Shown piece after piece: positions 13,370 through 26,319 of a stretch of DNA of 64,000 nt. The stretch is from the NCBI GenBank assembly GCA_000165425.1, contig CT868474.1, positions 248,001-312,000 of the forward strand, given 5' to 3'. Numbering within the stretch: the stretch's first letter is position 1; each line of letters opens with the position of its first letter. Made by a program: the position numbers and the translations under genes. Below the pieces are notes generated by a model. It worked only from the letters and a program-made list of their open reading frames with translations, searched no databases and was not told where the DNA came from. The stretch is from Paramecium tetraurelia (taxonomy: Eukaryota).

Positions 13370-15917
13370 ATGAGTTCTTATAAGAAAGTCTCTCCCAAAC
13401 AGAGTGACGAATTCAGACCCCATCTAATAAAAGTCGATCTTTCATTGGCTCCTATAAAAGAAAATACTGAGTCAGTTCGATCAGTCAATTTTCCTTCTGA
13501 AATCTAATTATTGCCTTAACCAATTGTACCAACAAGGACTAGTATACATGTTAAAAAAGTAAATCTGATCAATTATTCAGCTAAATAGAAATAGTGAAAG
13601 AATGTTAATCATAAAAAAAGATAAAGATGCATCGGAATATTTAAAATCATAAAAAAATGTTTTGATTTATAAAATGTTTTAAACAGAATCATTGGTAAGG
13701 AAATTTATAGAAAAACTAAAACGGTAAGCTTACATTTTACCTAAAGTAATTTCAAATCAGATGCAGAATTTCTTAAAAGAGAAATACATTGATGATGTTA
13801 TAATTTTAGATAAACTAAGGAAATAAAATCAATAACCTAAAAAGGAGTTATTTCCAATTTTGAATCCAACTGCCATCTTTATATTTTCCTGGAACATATT
13901 GAGGGCTCTTCAATTGATGTTTTTGACATGGTGGTTACCATTTAAAGTAGCATTCCAACCGAATTATTAGTTTGAAAGCATAGAACTATCCTTAATCTAT
14001 ATATTTATTTTTGATATCGTTTTAAAATTGAACTAAGGTTTTATAAAGGAAGGAGATTATATCATGGATAGAACACAAATATTAAAACATTATGTTTCAA
14101 CAGAACTCACAGAAGATACTATCTATTTTCTTACCTAACTAATTGTCATCGATAAAATTGATATCAAAACACATATACTTTTTGAAATATTAGTTTTGAT
14201 TTAGTTTGCTATTAATTATAAAAAACTTAAGAAGAAAATTAAAAAATTTGAAGAAATATTTGCAACCAAAGCAGGGTACATCTAATTAACTAATTTATTA
14301 CAACTAATTATTACAGTATTCTATTTTGCTCATCTTATGGCTTGTATTTGGTATTATATAGGGGTTATAAGTTTGAATGTTTACGAAGTATCTTGGACTA
14401 CCAAATTCTAACCTCACTCTTCAGATCCCCTCTATTATTATTTATATTCATTCTATTGGGCAACAACAACAATGGTAACAGTCGGTTACGGAGATATATC
14501 GGCTTAAAATAGTTACGAAGTTTTGTGTGCTACAGTGTTAATGATATTCTCAACAGGGATGTTTGCATATGCTATCAATCAAATAGGAGATATATTTACA
14601 CATATTGATACAGAACAATAAACATATAAACGTACTCTATTATTAATTAATAATTACATGAAAAAAAATCAAGTAGATTAGTAAGTTCAAAGTAGAATCA
14701 GAAATTACATCAAATATCAAGCTAAGATAAAACAATAAAGTTAAAATGATGAAATCGATCAAATTTTGAAATAACTTCCCTCTTATATATTTGCTGATCT
14801 CTAAAAAAATATATAAAACAAGATTATGTCTGAAATATCCTTTTATAAATCTAACTTTTCTAAAAGTGTTATTCCCATTATATCTTAAACATTACAAATA
14901 TAATCTTACACCCCTAAAGAAATCATCTTTTAATAAGGTTAATTAGATGATTGCAGCTTATATACTGTTTGGAAAGGGGAAGTCTTGATAGTTGAAAATT
15001 AAACTGGCAAGCTTTTGGCAACTCTGGGTAAAGGATAAAGTTTTGGTGAGGTAGAATTTTTAACTTCTCAGCATAGATAATTTACTGCCATAAGCAAAGA
15101 TTTAAGTTAAGTGTTAAGGATGCCAAGAGATACCTTTTTGAAAATTATCAAATTTTCTACCATTGATGTTGAACATTTTCACAAACTCAAAGATTAGTTA
15201 ATGTTCTATCATATAAATTAAATTTCATCATGCTATTGTTGTTCAGAAAATCATAGCATTACCGATTGTCCTTATTCTTTCTATAAACCCAATCGAGATA
15301 TAATAAGATAAAGAGATAATGCTTAAGAAAGTGTATCAATAAGAACAATGTTTGAAAGAGTTGAATAAAAGAAGGGATAATTTTAACTTCAAACTTTGAA
15401 ATCATATTCTGATGATAAAGAAGAGTTAGGATCTAGATTGCAATCAATAAAAAATGAGACTGCTCCTGCAATAAGTCCTCAAAGATCAAGGAAAAAAACA
15501 TTAACTCCATTTAATTTTAAAAATTTTGGATAACATTATACAGATGAGAAACTATTAGAAAGCCCCAATTTTACATAAAGTTAGTTAGAAATTTAAAATG
15601 AATAAAATTCTAACAAAATAAGTGTTCATCAAATATTGGAACTTCCATCAATAAAAAATAGGCAATCGAACTCAAATAATCATATTATTATATCATCGCT
15701 TAGTTAACTCGAAATAATAGAATAGGAGTTCCGAAAGGTTTTTATGTTGGACATTGATAAGATTGGTGTATTTAAAGGATATTTTCCTCAAAATAACATA
15801 GAAGTGGTTTTGCTATCGTTTAGAAAACTGATGAGGAGTAAGAAAATAGTTATCACTGAAACTCTTTTAGAATTGACAAGAAGGAAAATATAAACAGAAA
15901 ATAACTAATTTTTATGA
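13370..15917 (+). CDS. EAG/HCN-like cyclic-nucleotide-binding-domain K+ channel, copy 1
   Basis: FAHLMACIWY, pore FYWATTTMVTVGYGDI (~14450-14500), C-linker QSRIRNYI, CNBD FGEVEF, then CYCCSENHSITDCP. Confidence 0.93.
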
Positions 15918-16247
15918 TTTATAAGAATTATTGTTCCTCTTTAAATATTGCAATAAAGTATCAATAGATTATTTTTAAATATATACTAAAAGATTCTATT
16001 CCTCAACATAAATTTATTGATCTATATACTAATTTGTAATTGAAATAATTATTTATCTTCATAGCTTAATTAATTGAATAGATATCATCTATTTTATTAA
16101 TTTGAAGATATATTTTTATAAAATTCTTTTTGAATAATAACTTTAATTTTATAAGTACCAATTAGTATTGATTACATCTGAAATTAGTATCCTATTTAAG
16201 CTAAGTTATTTAATTTAAATAATTAATTATTTCAATTCTCAATTTGT

Positions 16248-18967
16248 ATGACTGATGATTTAGAACAAACTTTGTACAATGACTTAAAATTAGCAGGTGT
16301 AATTTTTGTTTTAAATTAGGATCTTCTAGAATCTCAGATTCATTTAGGCCACACCTAATTCATCTAGATATGTAAGACATACCTTTCAAGGAGAACTCTG
16401 AATCAGATTCTGTGCCATAAGCAAATTCTTTAAGAAATTTGCGTTTTAGTATTTCCAAGGGTAAAAATTAAGATATCAGTTCATTTAATAATTTCCAATA
16501 ATAAAATAATTTTTAAGATAAGAACGATAAGCAAAAGCATTCAAGGAATAGTGGAATGGCAAAAATGTTGGTGATTAATAATCTGGTAAAATAATTTATT
16601 GAGAAATTAAAAAAGAATGCATACATATTCCCAAGAATACATGGTGATTAAATCAGAGACAATATGAGGGAAGCGTTGAATAAAAAAAAAAATTGGAAAA
16701 AGATGAAATAAATATAGAGTTCTGAAGATGGCAGTAAAATATAGATATAAAGAAAACTTCCCGTATTTAATCCTGCAAGTAAAGTGATGTTAATATGGGA
16801 ATTTTTTAGAGCTATATAATTAACAATATTACTGTGGTGGTTGCCATTTAAAATTGCCTTTAATCCATCTTCAAGTAAAAATATTGATGACTTTGAGAGT
16901 GCTTTAACATACATATTTGCAGCAGATTTAATAATTAAATTTAATAGAGGTATATTTGATTAAGGGAAATTGATAAAAAATAGAATCAATATTCTGAAAC
17001 ATTACGTTTCTAATGAAATGCATGAAGACATTATATATTTTATTACATTGATATTTGTAATAAGTGATGTAGGAATAAGGGCTGGTGGATTTTAAGAAGT
17101 AATTGTATTATTACAATTTGGTTTGAACTTTATTAAGTTGAAGAAGTACTTAACCAAATATGAAGAATCTTTTGTTGAATCTTCAATTCTGACAGAAATA
17201 GTAAAATTAATATAATTGATAATAATCACATTTTACTTTGCACATTTTATGGCATGTATTTGGTATTATGTGGGAGTCAAAAGTATAGAATTGAAAGAAA
17301 TATCATGGACACAAGATCCAAAATTTGAAGATTCTACTATTTTATAGATGTATATTTACTCATTTTATTGGGCAACAACCACTATGGTTACTGTAGGATA
17401 TGGAGATATATCTGGTAAAAATATATATGAAGTATTATGTGCAATTGTCCTTATGATATTTTCAAGCGGAATTTTTGCATTTTCTATGAATCAAATAGGA
17501 TCAATATTTACAAACATGGATGCCTAGAAATAGTAATATAAGAGAACTTTATTACTAATTAATTAATACATGAATAATAATTAAGTTGCAGAATAGCTTT
17601 AGGGTAGAATTAGAAATTATTTGAAATATCATTATCATAAATAAGAAAAACTTTATAAAAATGAAATAAGTGGTATTATTGATAAATTACCAACAACACT
17701 GAAATCCGAATTAATTCAGGATGTGTAATTTAGAGTTATGCAATGCATTCCTTTTTTTAATAAAAACTTTTCATAAGAAATTCTTCCTTAAATAGCCTGT
17801 GAATTAAATCTATAATCTTATACACCAAGAGAAATTATTTATCAATAAAATCAAATAGATGAATGCAATATCTTCATAGTATGGAAAGGAGAAGTCAATT
17901 TAATCGATGATAACTCAGGTAAAGTACTCAAAAAATTTACTACTGGATAATGCTTTGGAGAGTTAGAATTCTTAACTAATTAAAAGAGATTAGGTACTGC
18001 TATTAGCTGCGATTTCAGTCAAATATATTTTATATCTAGGAATCAATTTCTGAAAATACTAAATTCTTATAATCATGATTTTCAACAATTTCATTAGCTA
18101 AAAGATGAGATTTTATTTAATTACAATTCTTCTTCTATTGAGTGCTATTGTTGCCAAGAATCTCATTCTATTTGGAAATGTCCATTTATCCATTATAAAC
18201 CTGATTTAGAAAGAGTTATTAAGAAGAATTTCTTTTAGGATTCTCAACAAGAACGCTTCTAATTCAAAAGAAAAGGAGTTCGTCATAATGTTTATTACTA
18301 AGAAAGTATACTTTAAAGCTCAAAGCATTTAAAGACATCAAATGATTTGGATAATAATACTGCAGGAGATATTCAGTAAATAGGTTCAATTAATGAATCT
18401 GAAGAATCAGCTGAAGAGAGTGCGAAATATGAAAAAAAGAGTGATCAACTATTAACTCTGTCTTATGCTTTACCTAGCGAAAGTCGGAGAAAAAGTCAGA
18501 GAACTAAATTTATATCAGCATCTCCTTTACAAGCAGAATCCCCACTTCTGAAACCAACTGATATGCTCCGATATGGTTAGAGACCAAGGAAAAGCCTTTT
18601 CTTTGCTGGGTAGAGTATAGTTACCGCTTTATAAACCAAACGCCATGAATCAGTACAAAAAGCTGCATCCTTAGGCTAATTACAGAATCTAATTTAGTAA
18701 TAATCTATTTATGAGAATGAAAATAATCTTGAACCATTAAGTATAATTGAAGGATTAGATAAAATGATAATATATTCTAATTATTTTCCAGAAAATAATT
18801 ACGATAAGATTATTGAATCTATAATGAAATACTTAAAAAAATTTAGATTAACTAGAGTATATATGATTCCGAATAAGTATTCTTTTGTAAGGTTGTAAAA
18901 ATATGATAAAATCAAATCTTAAGGAAAAAAGGCTATAATTTTAAAATAGAATGATTTTATTAAATGA
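16248..18967 (+). CDS. EAG/HCN-like CNBD K+ channel, copy 2 (tandem paralog of copy 1)
   Basis: WWLPFKIAF, FAHFMACIWY, FYWATTTMVTVGYGDISG, FGELEF, CYCCQESHSIWKCP; TGA at 18965-18967. Confidence 0.93.
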
Positions 18968-19260
18968 AATTAGTGATGAGATTGATATCTTTAAATTTAA
19001 TTGTGCCTGTGAGTTAAAATACAATAAAATTCAATAATTTCTTAATGTCATTCCTTGACCTTTTTTGTTTAAACAAAATATCAAAAGGATTAGTTCTTTA
19101 AATAAAATCATGTTCTTTCATTATCAAAATATTATTTAATCTACTCTCTATATGCCATCTTGTATTAAATATATCATATACTACGATATAATAATAATAA
19201 TATAAAATATGTAAAATAGTTTAAACTAAATAAATTAAAGATTTTATTTTTATTTGAAAT

Positions 19261-19742
19261 ATGACCAAAAAAACAAAGAAGGTGGGAATCACAGGTAAAT
19301 ATGGTACCAGATATGGTGCTTCTTTGAGAAAAATAATTAAGAAATTTGAAATTTCTTAACATTAGAGATATTTTAACACCTTCACAGGAGCAGTATGAAT
19401 TCAATTGAATATTAAGCACTCATTAAAAAGACAAGCTATTGGTATTTGGAGATGCACATAAACGGGATTACAAATTGCAGGTGGAGCATGGGAAGTAAAG
19501 TAAGATTATAATCTATCGTGAGTACTCCAGCTGGTTTGTCTGCTAAATAAGGTATGCTCAGAATTAAGAAATTGAAGGAGGATGCAGAAGTCGAGGTCAA
19601 AGATGAAAAGAAGGATCAAAAAGCAAAGCAATAATAATAGCCAAAAGAACAAAAGGAATAAAAACCAACCTAATAATAAAGTTCAAAGGGCAAATAACAA
19701 TAAGGAGGAGATAAAAAGAAAGTACAAGCAAAAAAGCAATGA
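19261..19742 (+). CDS. RPL37A: 60S ribosomal protein eL43 (L37a), 144 aa with C-terminal extension
   Basis: [24 protein letters not shown]...KRQAIGIW...IAGGAW; introns at 19393-19416 and 19500-19522. Confidence 0.97.
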
Positions 19743-19946
19743 TATCGAATATATTATTTTACAGTACATAATAATAGCATTTACATTCAAATAACTTCCA
19801 TAATTATTACTAACTTAAAGATTTAATATAGATTATAATTATAAAGCATATTATAAATGATATTTAAATAAATATGAATTTATTGATTTCTGATAATGGA
19901 AGCTTGATTTAACCAATAATATAAATTTAAATATCCAATAATAAAC

Positions 19947-22900
19947 ATGAAAGCAATTAACGTTGGAATTGAAGCCATCGAGATTTATTTCCCTAAGACT
20001 TATGTTAACTAAGCAGAGCTAGGTACTAAAAATAAATAAGATTTCAGAATTATTCGATAATGTTTCTTAAGGGAAGTATACAGTAGGATTGGGTCAAGTG
20101 AATATGGCCTTTGTAAGACCTTTTGAAGATGTAAATACTATGGCATTGACAGGTAAATCGAAATCTAATAGTTAGTGGTCACAAATCTATTAGAGAAAAA
20201 CTAAATTAATCCTGCATTGATAGGTCGATTGGAAGTGGGCACAGAGTCATTGTTAGATAAATCGAAATCAACTAAAACTACACTTATGAGATTATTTGGT
20301 GATAATACAAATATTGAGGGAGTGACTTCAATAAATGCCTGTTATGGAGGCACAAATGCTTTATTCAATACTATTAATTGGATGTAGAGTGAGGCTTGGG
20401 ATGGGAGATATGGATTAGTAGTCTGTACTGATATAGCAGTTTATGCTAAAGGATCGGCAAGAACAACTGGAGGAGCAGGAGCAATTGCCATGTTAATAGC
20501 CCCGAATGCAACTTTTACCATAGATCCAATTAGAACAACTTATATGAAGGATAATTATGATTTTTATAAGCCAAACTTTCACAGTGAATACCCTACTGTA
20601 GATGGTCAACTATCAATATAGAGCTACTTATAATCAATTGACAATTGTATTTAATCCTATTATAAGAAAAACAATAATTTGGATGCTGATTTTTATTGTT
20701 TTCACAGTCCATTTCATAAGATGGTTTAGAAGTCATTCTTGAGAGTTAAATTAAATGAGTCGTTTGTTTAAAAGGGTGATACTGGATTCACATTCTAAAA
20801 TTTTAATGAAAAATAATCACAAATGCTTAAATTCTATTAAAATGATTGGTTGAATAAGGCGTTTCCCTCTTGTCTTTTATCCAGGGAATTAGGAAATATC
20901 TATACAGGAGCTCTATATGCAGGATTAGCAAGTTTGATCGAAACCTAAGATGATTTGATAAATAAAAGAATAATGATGTTCTCCTATGGTTCAGGCTGTG
21001 CAGCATCACTCTTCTTTTTGAGATGCAATAAATCAACAAGAATGATGAAACAGAATTCAAAGGTTCAAGAACGATTACAATAGAGGATTAGAATTTCCTG
21101 TATAGAATATGATCACATTATGTAATAAAGAGAGATAAATTACAATAAGCATAGCTAATAATATCAACCAAAATAAGTGGACTTATATCCAGGGACATTT
21201 TATCTGAAATCTATAGATGATAAATACAGGAGAGAATATCTCGTGCATAAACAAATATAATTGAACTAAACATCTGACATATTAGTACTTGACGAATCTA
21301 GATCTAACAAAAAAATTCAATAAATTAGAGATTAAATGACTAATAATAATAGTACAATTGATTAAACTTCTTAATAAACTTAAAAGTAATATAATCAATT
21401 GTGGACTGGATTTTATAAGAAAACTATATAATAAAGATTGGACTAATTGGAGAAAACAATGAATGTAAATGTTGAGCCATTCAAAGATGGAGGATTATCA
21501 TTGTAGAATGCCAATTTAATGGTTGAAAATTGCATTGGAAAGATTTCATATCCTCTTGGATTAGGATTAAATTTCCTAATAAATGGATAATGCTATTCAG
21601 TACCTATGGCTATAGAAGAACCATCTGTGATTGCAGCGGCTAGTGCAGCAGCGAAAACTATTAGTGAAGCTGGTGTTGGATTTCAAACATATTCAAGTCG
21701 TCCAGTGATGATGGGCTAAATCTAATTATTAGATGTCTCGAACTATTCAAAAATCGAATGTTTAATCGATTCCAACAGATAGACCATTATTAACAGAGGA
21801 AATTAAGCATGCTAAAGTATGGTGAAGAGAGGAGGAGGAGTAGAGGATGTGAAATGTAGAAACTTGAGTTAAGGACAATGTAGTGTGGATATATTTATCA
21901 ACGTATGTGATAGCATGGGAGCCAATTTAGTAAATACTGTTTTAGAATTCATTGCCCCTTTGATAGCAGAAATCACTGGCACTAGAATTGGGATTAAGAT
22001 ACTAACCAATCTATGTATGAATAGAAAAGTAACAGCCTAGTTTACCTTAGATATCGATAAGATGAATTATAAATCATTAAGTGGAAAAGATGTTGCTAAA
22101 CTAATGTTAGAAGCATATCAATTTGCAGATCTTGATATTTACAGAGCTGTAACACATAACAAAGGGATTATAAATGGAATTGAAGCAGTTTGTAATGCTA
22201 CTGGATAGGATGCAAGAGCAGTCAATGCATCTTTACATGGGTATGCATCTATGAGTGGACAATACAAACCACTTTCATAGTATAAGATAGTCGATAATAA
22301 ATTCATTGGGGAATTAACAGTTCCAATTAGTGTTGGAACTTAAGGAGGAGTCTTGCCTCAAAATCCTCTATATTCATAGATCTTGTCGATTTTGGACTAC
22401 CCAGATTCTCAGAAGTTGGCTGAAATTATTGTTTCTGTAGGATTAGCTTCAAATTTTGCAGCCTTGAGAGCCTTAGCTGTTGAGGGTATTTAAAAGGGAC
22501 ATATGACATTGCATGCAAGAAATATTGCAATAGCAAGTGGGATACCTGAACATCTTGTTGACGAAGCAGTTCTATTTATGAAAAATAGAAATAGCTTCAA
22601 TAAATAAACAGCATTGGAATTCCTTAAGGCTTATAATGTATTCTTCGAGATTGGTAAGGCTAAAGGGAAGTAGATGAAAGCATTTTGCACATTTTCAGGG
22701 TCTTTCGATATGATAGGCACTTAAGAAAAAGTAGATTTACATGTAGTCTTCGAATGCGATTAAAACAAGATTAATTTAAATTATGCTGATGATTCAACAA
22801 TGAACAGACAAATATTTGGATTGAAAGGTCAAGAGTGGTTGAAGAATTTGTTTTCAGTGTTGAACACAGTCAAAATAAATAAAGAGGCTGAATTATACTA

Positions 22901-23636
22901 GTCTAATAATTTGACATCCAAATTGAAGCTATTGGCAATTTTGATAAATTTATTATCTTTCAATATGTTAAGTCTTGATTTTGAGAGAGCAAAGAATTTC
23001 ATATTGAATTAAAAGCCTTGTTTAGGAGGTGCTGTTTCGTTGAAGTATGGGTTATCACTTATGAATGAATTAATGCACATCTTTGAATACAATATAGACT
23101 AATTCATTGGATTTCCTTAATTAAGATAAGCATTGATGGCAGAATTGAATAATGTTATTTTGGCACATGTCAAATCATTTGAATTGTTGCAATAGGCAAA
23201 GCAAGGTTAATTCAATTGTGAGGAATTCTTATGCACTAGATAGAAACGTTTGTCTTGTACAATGATGCTACTTTGTGATTGTATTTCATTAAAGAGTTTC
23301 AATCCCTCGATTATTGAAGAGATCAAATTACTTGGAAGAGTAATTGAGATTTAAATGACTTTGACAAGAGATACTTAGAAATGGAATAAGTAAGATAATC
23401 GTTACTATTATAGATCAACTCTCTCTGAACCTAACATGTATACTTATTGGCTGATTGCTAATTAGAAATTGATCCTCGGTGAAAATAAGGAGATCTTAAG
23501 TTCATTTTATAATGAGCATAACAGATTATTGATGTCTCTAATTTAAGAATTGGAAAAGAACATATCTCCTCAATTAAGTCATCTGAAAGATTAAGCCATG
23601 AATGCTATTCAACTATTTTATAAACCGAGATTGTGA
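19947..23636 (+). CDS. Fusion of HMG-CoA synthase, class II HMG-CoA reductase and a C-terminal helical (degenerate prenyltransferase-like) domain; ~1213 aa
   Basis: HMGS motifs: [55 protein letters not shown] motifs: [65 protein letters not shown]. Read codon by codon with no in-frame TGA across either junction; two introns near the 5' end. Confidence 0.95.
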
Positions 23637-23647
23637 TAATTATATTA

Positions 23648-26289
23648 ATGAGTATTTTGAAATAAATATCCGATTCGAATCATTAAAATAAGGATCTTCA
23701 TCCTAGTGGTCCTAGGTTGACTTTTGATCAGGAACAATTGCAAAGATATCAGTTTTAATAAATTGACTCCAATACATCATTACATCCACACAAAATGACA
23801 AATACAATTCATTGTGATTCAATCATGATAAAACAAGATGTTAGCAAATAGGTATTCATAATAAACTTCCCTTTATATTCAGTTGACAAGAAAAAGAAAG
23901 TCTGAATTTAAGATTGGGTTAAATCGGACAAGTTTCTTGAGGACTATAAACAGAAATTCCCTTGTGTAAAAGTTCAAAAACATTCTTCTCATGCGTTCTT
24001 ATGTTTTGAGTAAAGAAAATAAGTATCTTTTACTTCAAGATTGGTGGTAAAAACCAACCAAAAGTAAAATGCATCATAATTTTAAGGAAATCAATATGCT
24101 CACAATCGCATACCATTTATAATATCTGGTAGTCATGTTTCAATCATTTTAACTATATGGTCTCTATTCATACAAATAGTCACTCTATGGATTACTCCTT
24201 TTATGATTTCATTTCAATAAGAAATCTCCATTTTCAAAGTTATCTTCCTTTTTATTGTATTCTAAGTATTTTTCGATGCTTTTCTTAAAATCAACAGTCC
24301 ATTGATTGTAAATGGTGAGACTATATATGATAAAACAGAAAGAATTAAAGATTTCTTTAAAAAAAGCTTGCTCGAAGACTTAATGTATATCGCCACCTTA
24401 ATTGTCTCCTTTTTTCCAATCTTTGATAATATCCAGCTCAAAGGCACTATTTGTATCATAATCATTTTTATCTCTTACAAAAAACTCAATCAAAATTATG
24501 AAAGCTTATATGAAATTCTCTACTTAAAGGGATAATACCATTATGCTATAGACGTAATGTCCCTCATCATTTTGATCTTCTCATATGCACATGTTATGGC
24601 ATGCATTTGGCACTATGTGGGTGAAATTTCAATGGATTAAGGTCAGTCCTGGCTAATTTAAAGAAATCTACAAAATAGTGCAGTATGGGAAAGGTACAAC
24701 ACATCTTTTTATTGGGCCACAATGACTATGTCAACCGTAGGCTATGGAGATATTACACCTACTAATCAATTCGAAACTTTGGCAGCTAATTTGATGATGA
24801 TTCTCTCTAGTTGTATGTTTGGTTATTCAATTAGTCAAATAGGAATGATACTTAAAAGTTAATATGAACTCTAGTAAAAATATAAGTAATTATTCATTCA
24901 CCATTTCTTAGACGTTCAATTATAATTATGAATGCATTTATGAAAAATAGCTAAGTTAATTTGTAAATTTAGAGTAGAATCAGAAATTATCTCAAATATT
25001 AATGTGAAACTGAAGCTAATGAAAATAAAGATGATATCAATAAAATCGTTGCAGATCTCCCCATTGGATTAAAATAAGAACTTGTATAAGATGTTTAGAT
25101 GAATATAATGAAGAAGATTAAGATTTTAAATAATCAATTCTCCCAATCAACTCTAAAATAACTTTCTTAGTATTTAATAGAATTTAAATTTACTCCTGGT
25201 GATGTCATATATCATAGAAATGATTCAAATGATTAAAGTCTATACTACATTTAAGAAGGGATTGTTAATATTTATGAAGAAAATAGTTAAAAACTGTTGC
25301 AATCCTTAAAGGCTGGAGATACATTTGGCGAATATTAATTCTTTACTGGATTTCAAACACAAACTTCTGTAAGAAGCTAAGGCTTTACTAAAATATTCAA
25401 ATTAAATCGTTCATCTATTTTATAGTTATTAAACTAAAACTCTAAAGATTTTTAGAGATTTCACCACATCAAGGACAATATTATATTCAATAAGAACTTT
25501 CAGATAGTATAAAAAAATTGTAATTTCTGTAAAATGAGTAATCATATTAACATTGATTGCCCACTGTTATCCTACAAGCCAGACATATTATAGAGAATTA
25601 AGAAAGCTGAATTACAGCCCACCATATAAAAAAGAGTTTTTATTGAAAGAAATAATGAGAAAGTGAGATGTCTAATGTTGCATGCAGCAATAAAAGATAC
25701 TGTTGAAGAATACAAGGCAAATCTGTCTACTACTTAAATTGATGTTGATATGAAACTATTTTCTACATATGCGACAAAAGATTTAAATAGTCATTGCTAA
25801 AAAGAATCCTTATTAGACAAATAAATGCCTAAGTCTCCACCAGTTGCTCCTTTGAAAAAAAATAACTCGTTCTTGATTAGATAGAGAAATCAATCTTAAT
25901 AAAAGAAGGTCAACCTCTTTGTAAATTTAAAATCAGTCGTCAGAGACTCTGATAGACAATTAAAATCTGAGTCTGAGGATGATCAACTCAATAATTCACC
26001 AAAGAATCAAGTTTCATAATAATTTCTCATTGATTTAAATGATTGTTAAATGAATCACTTTGATGATTAATTCCAAACAACCGATTTCAATATTGATAGG
26101 TTGATGAATTATTTTGGTTATATGCCTATGTCCAATGTGATTTATGCTTTGAGGAAATACGAAAAAATGTATAAGTATTCCAAAGTGAAGACAATTAATT
26201 ATCCAGAATCAGAAAGCAGGAAATTTAGCATTCCCTTGTATTACAGTAGAAGGGAATCAATAAATGAATTACTTAAAGAGAAATATTGA
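23648..26289 (+). CDS. EAG/HCN-like CNBD K+ channel, copy 3
   Basis: YAHVMACIWHY, FYWATMTMSTVGYGDITP, QSRIRNYL, FGEYQFF, CNFCKMSNHINIDCP; TGA at 26287-26289. Confidence 0.92.
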
Positions 26290-26319
26290 GTAAATAATGA
26301 ATTATATTTAATAATATAA

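Noticed and set aside
19582..19794. N/K-rich 70-aa ORF as a separate gene
   Set aside because: It is an alternative frame of the eL43 C-terminal tail.
21400..22630. Bacterial contamination or chimeric assembly as the source of class II HMGR
   Set aside because: The region uses TAA/TAG as Gln at conserved sites, has host-like base composition and is in frame with the intron-containing HMGS.
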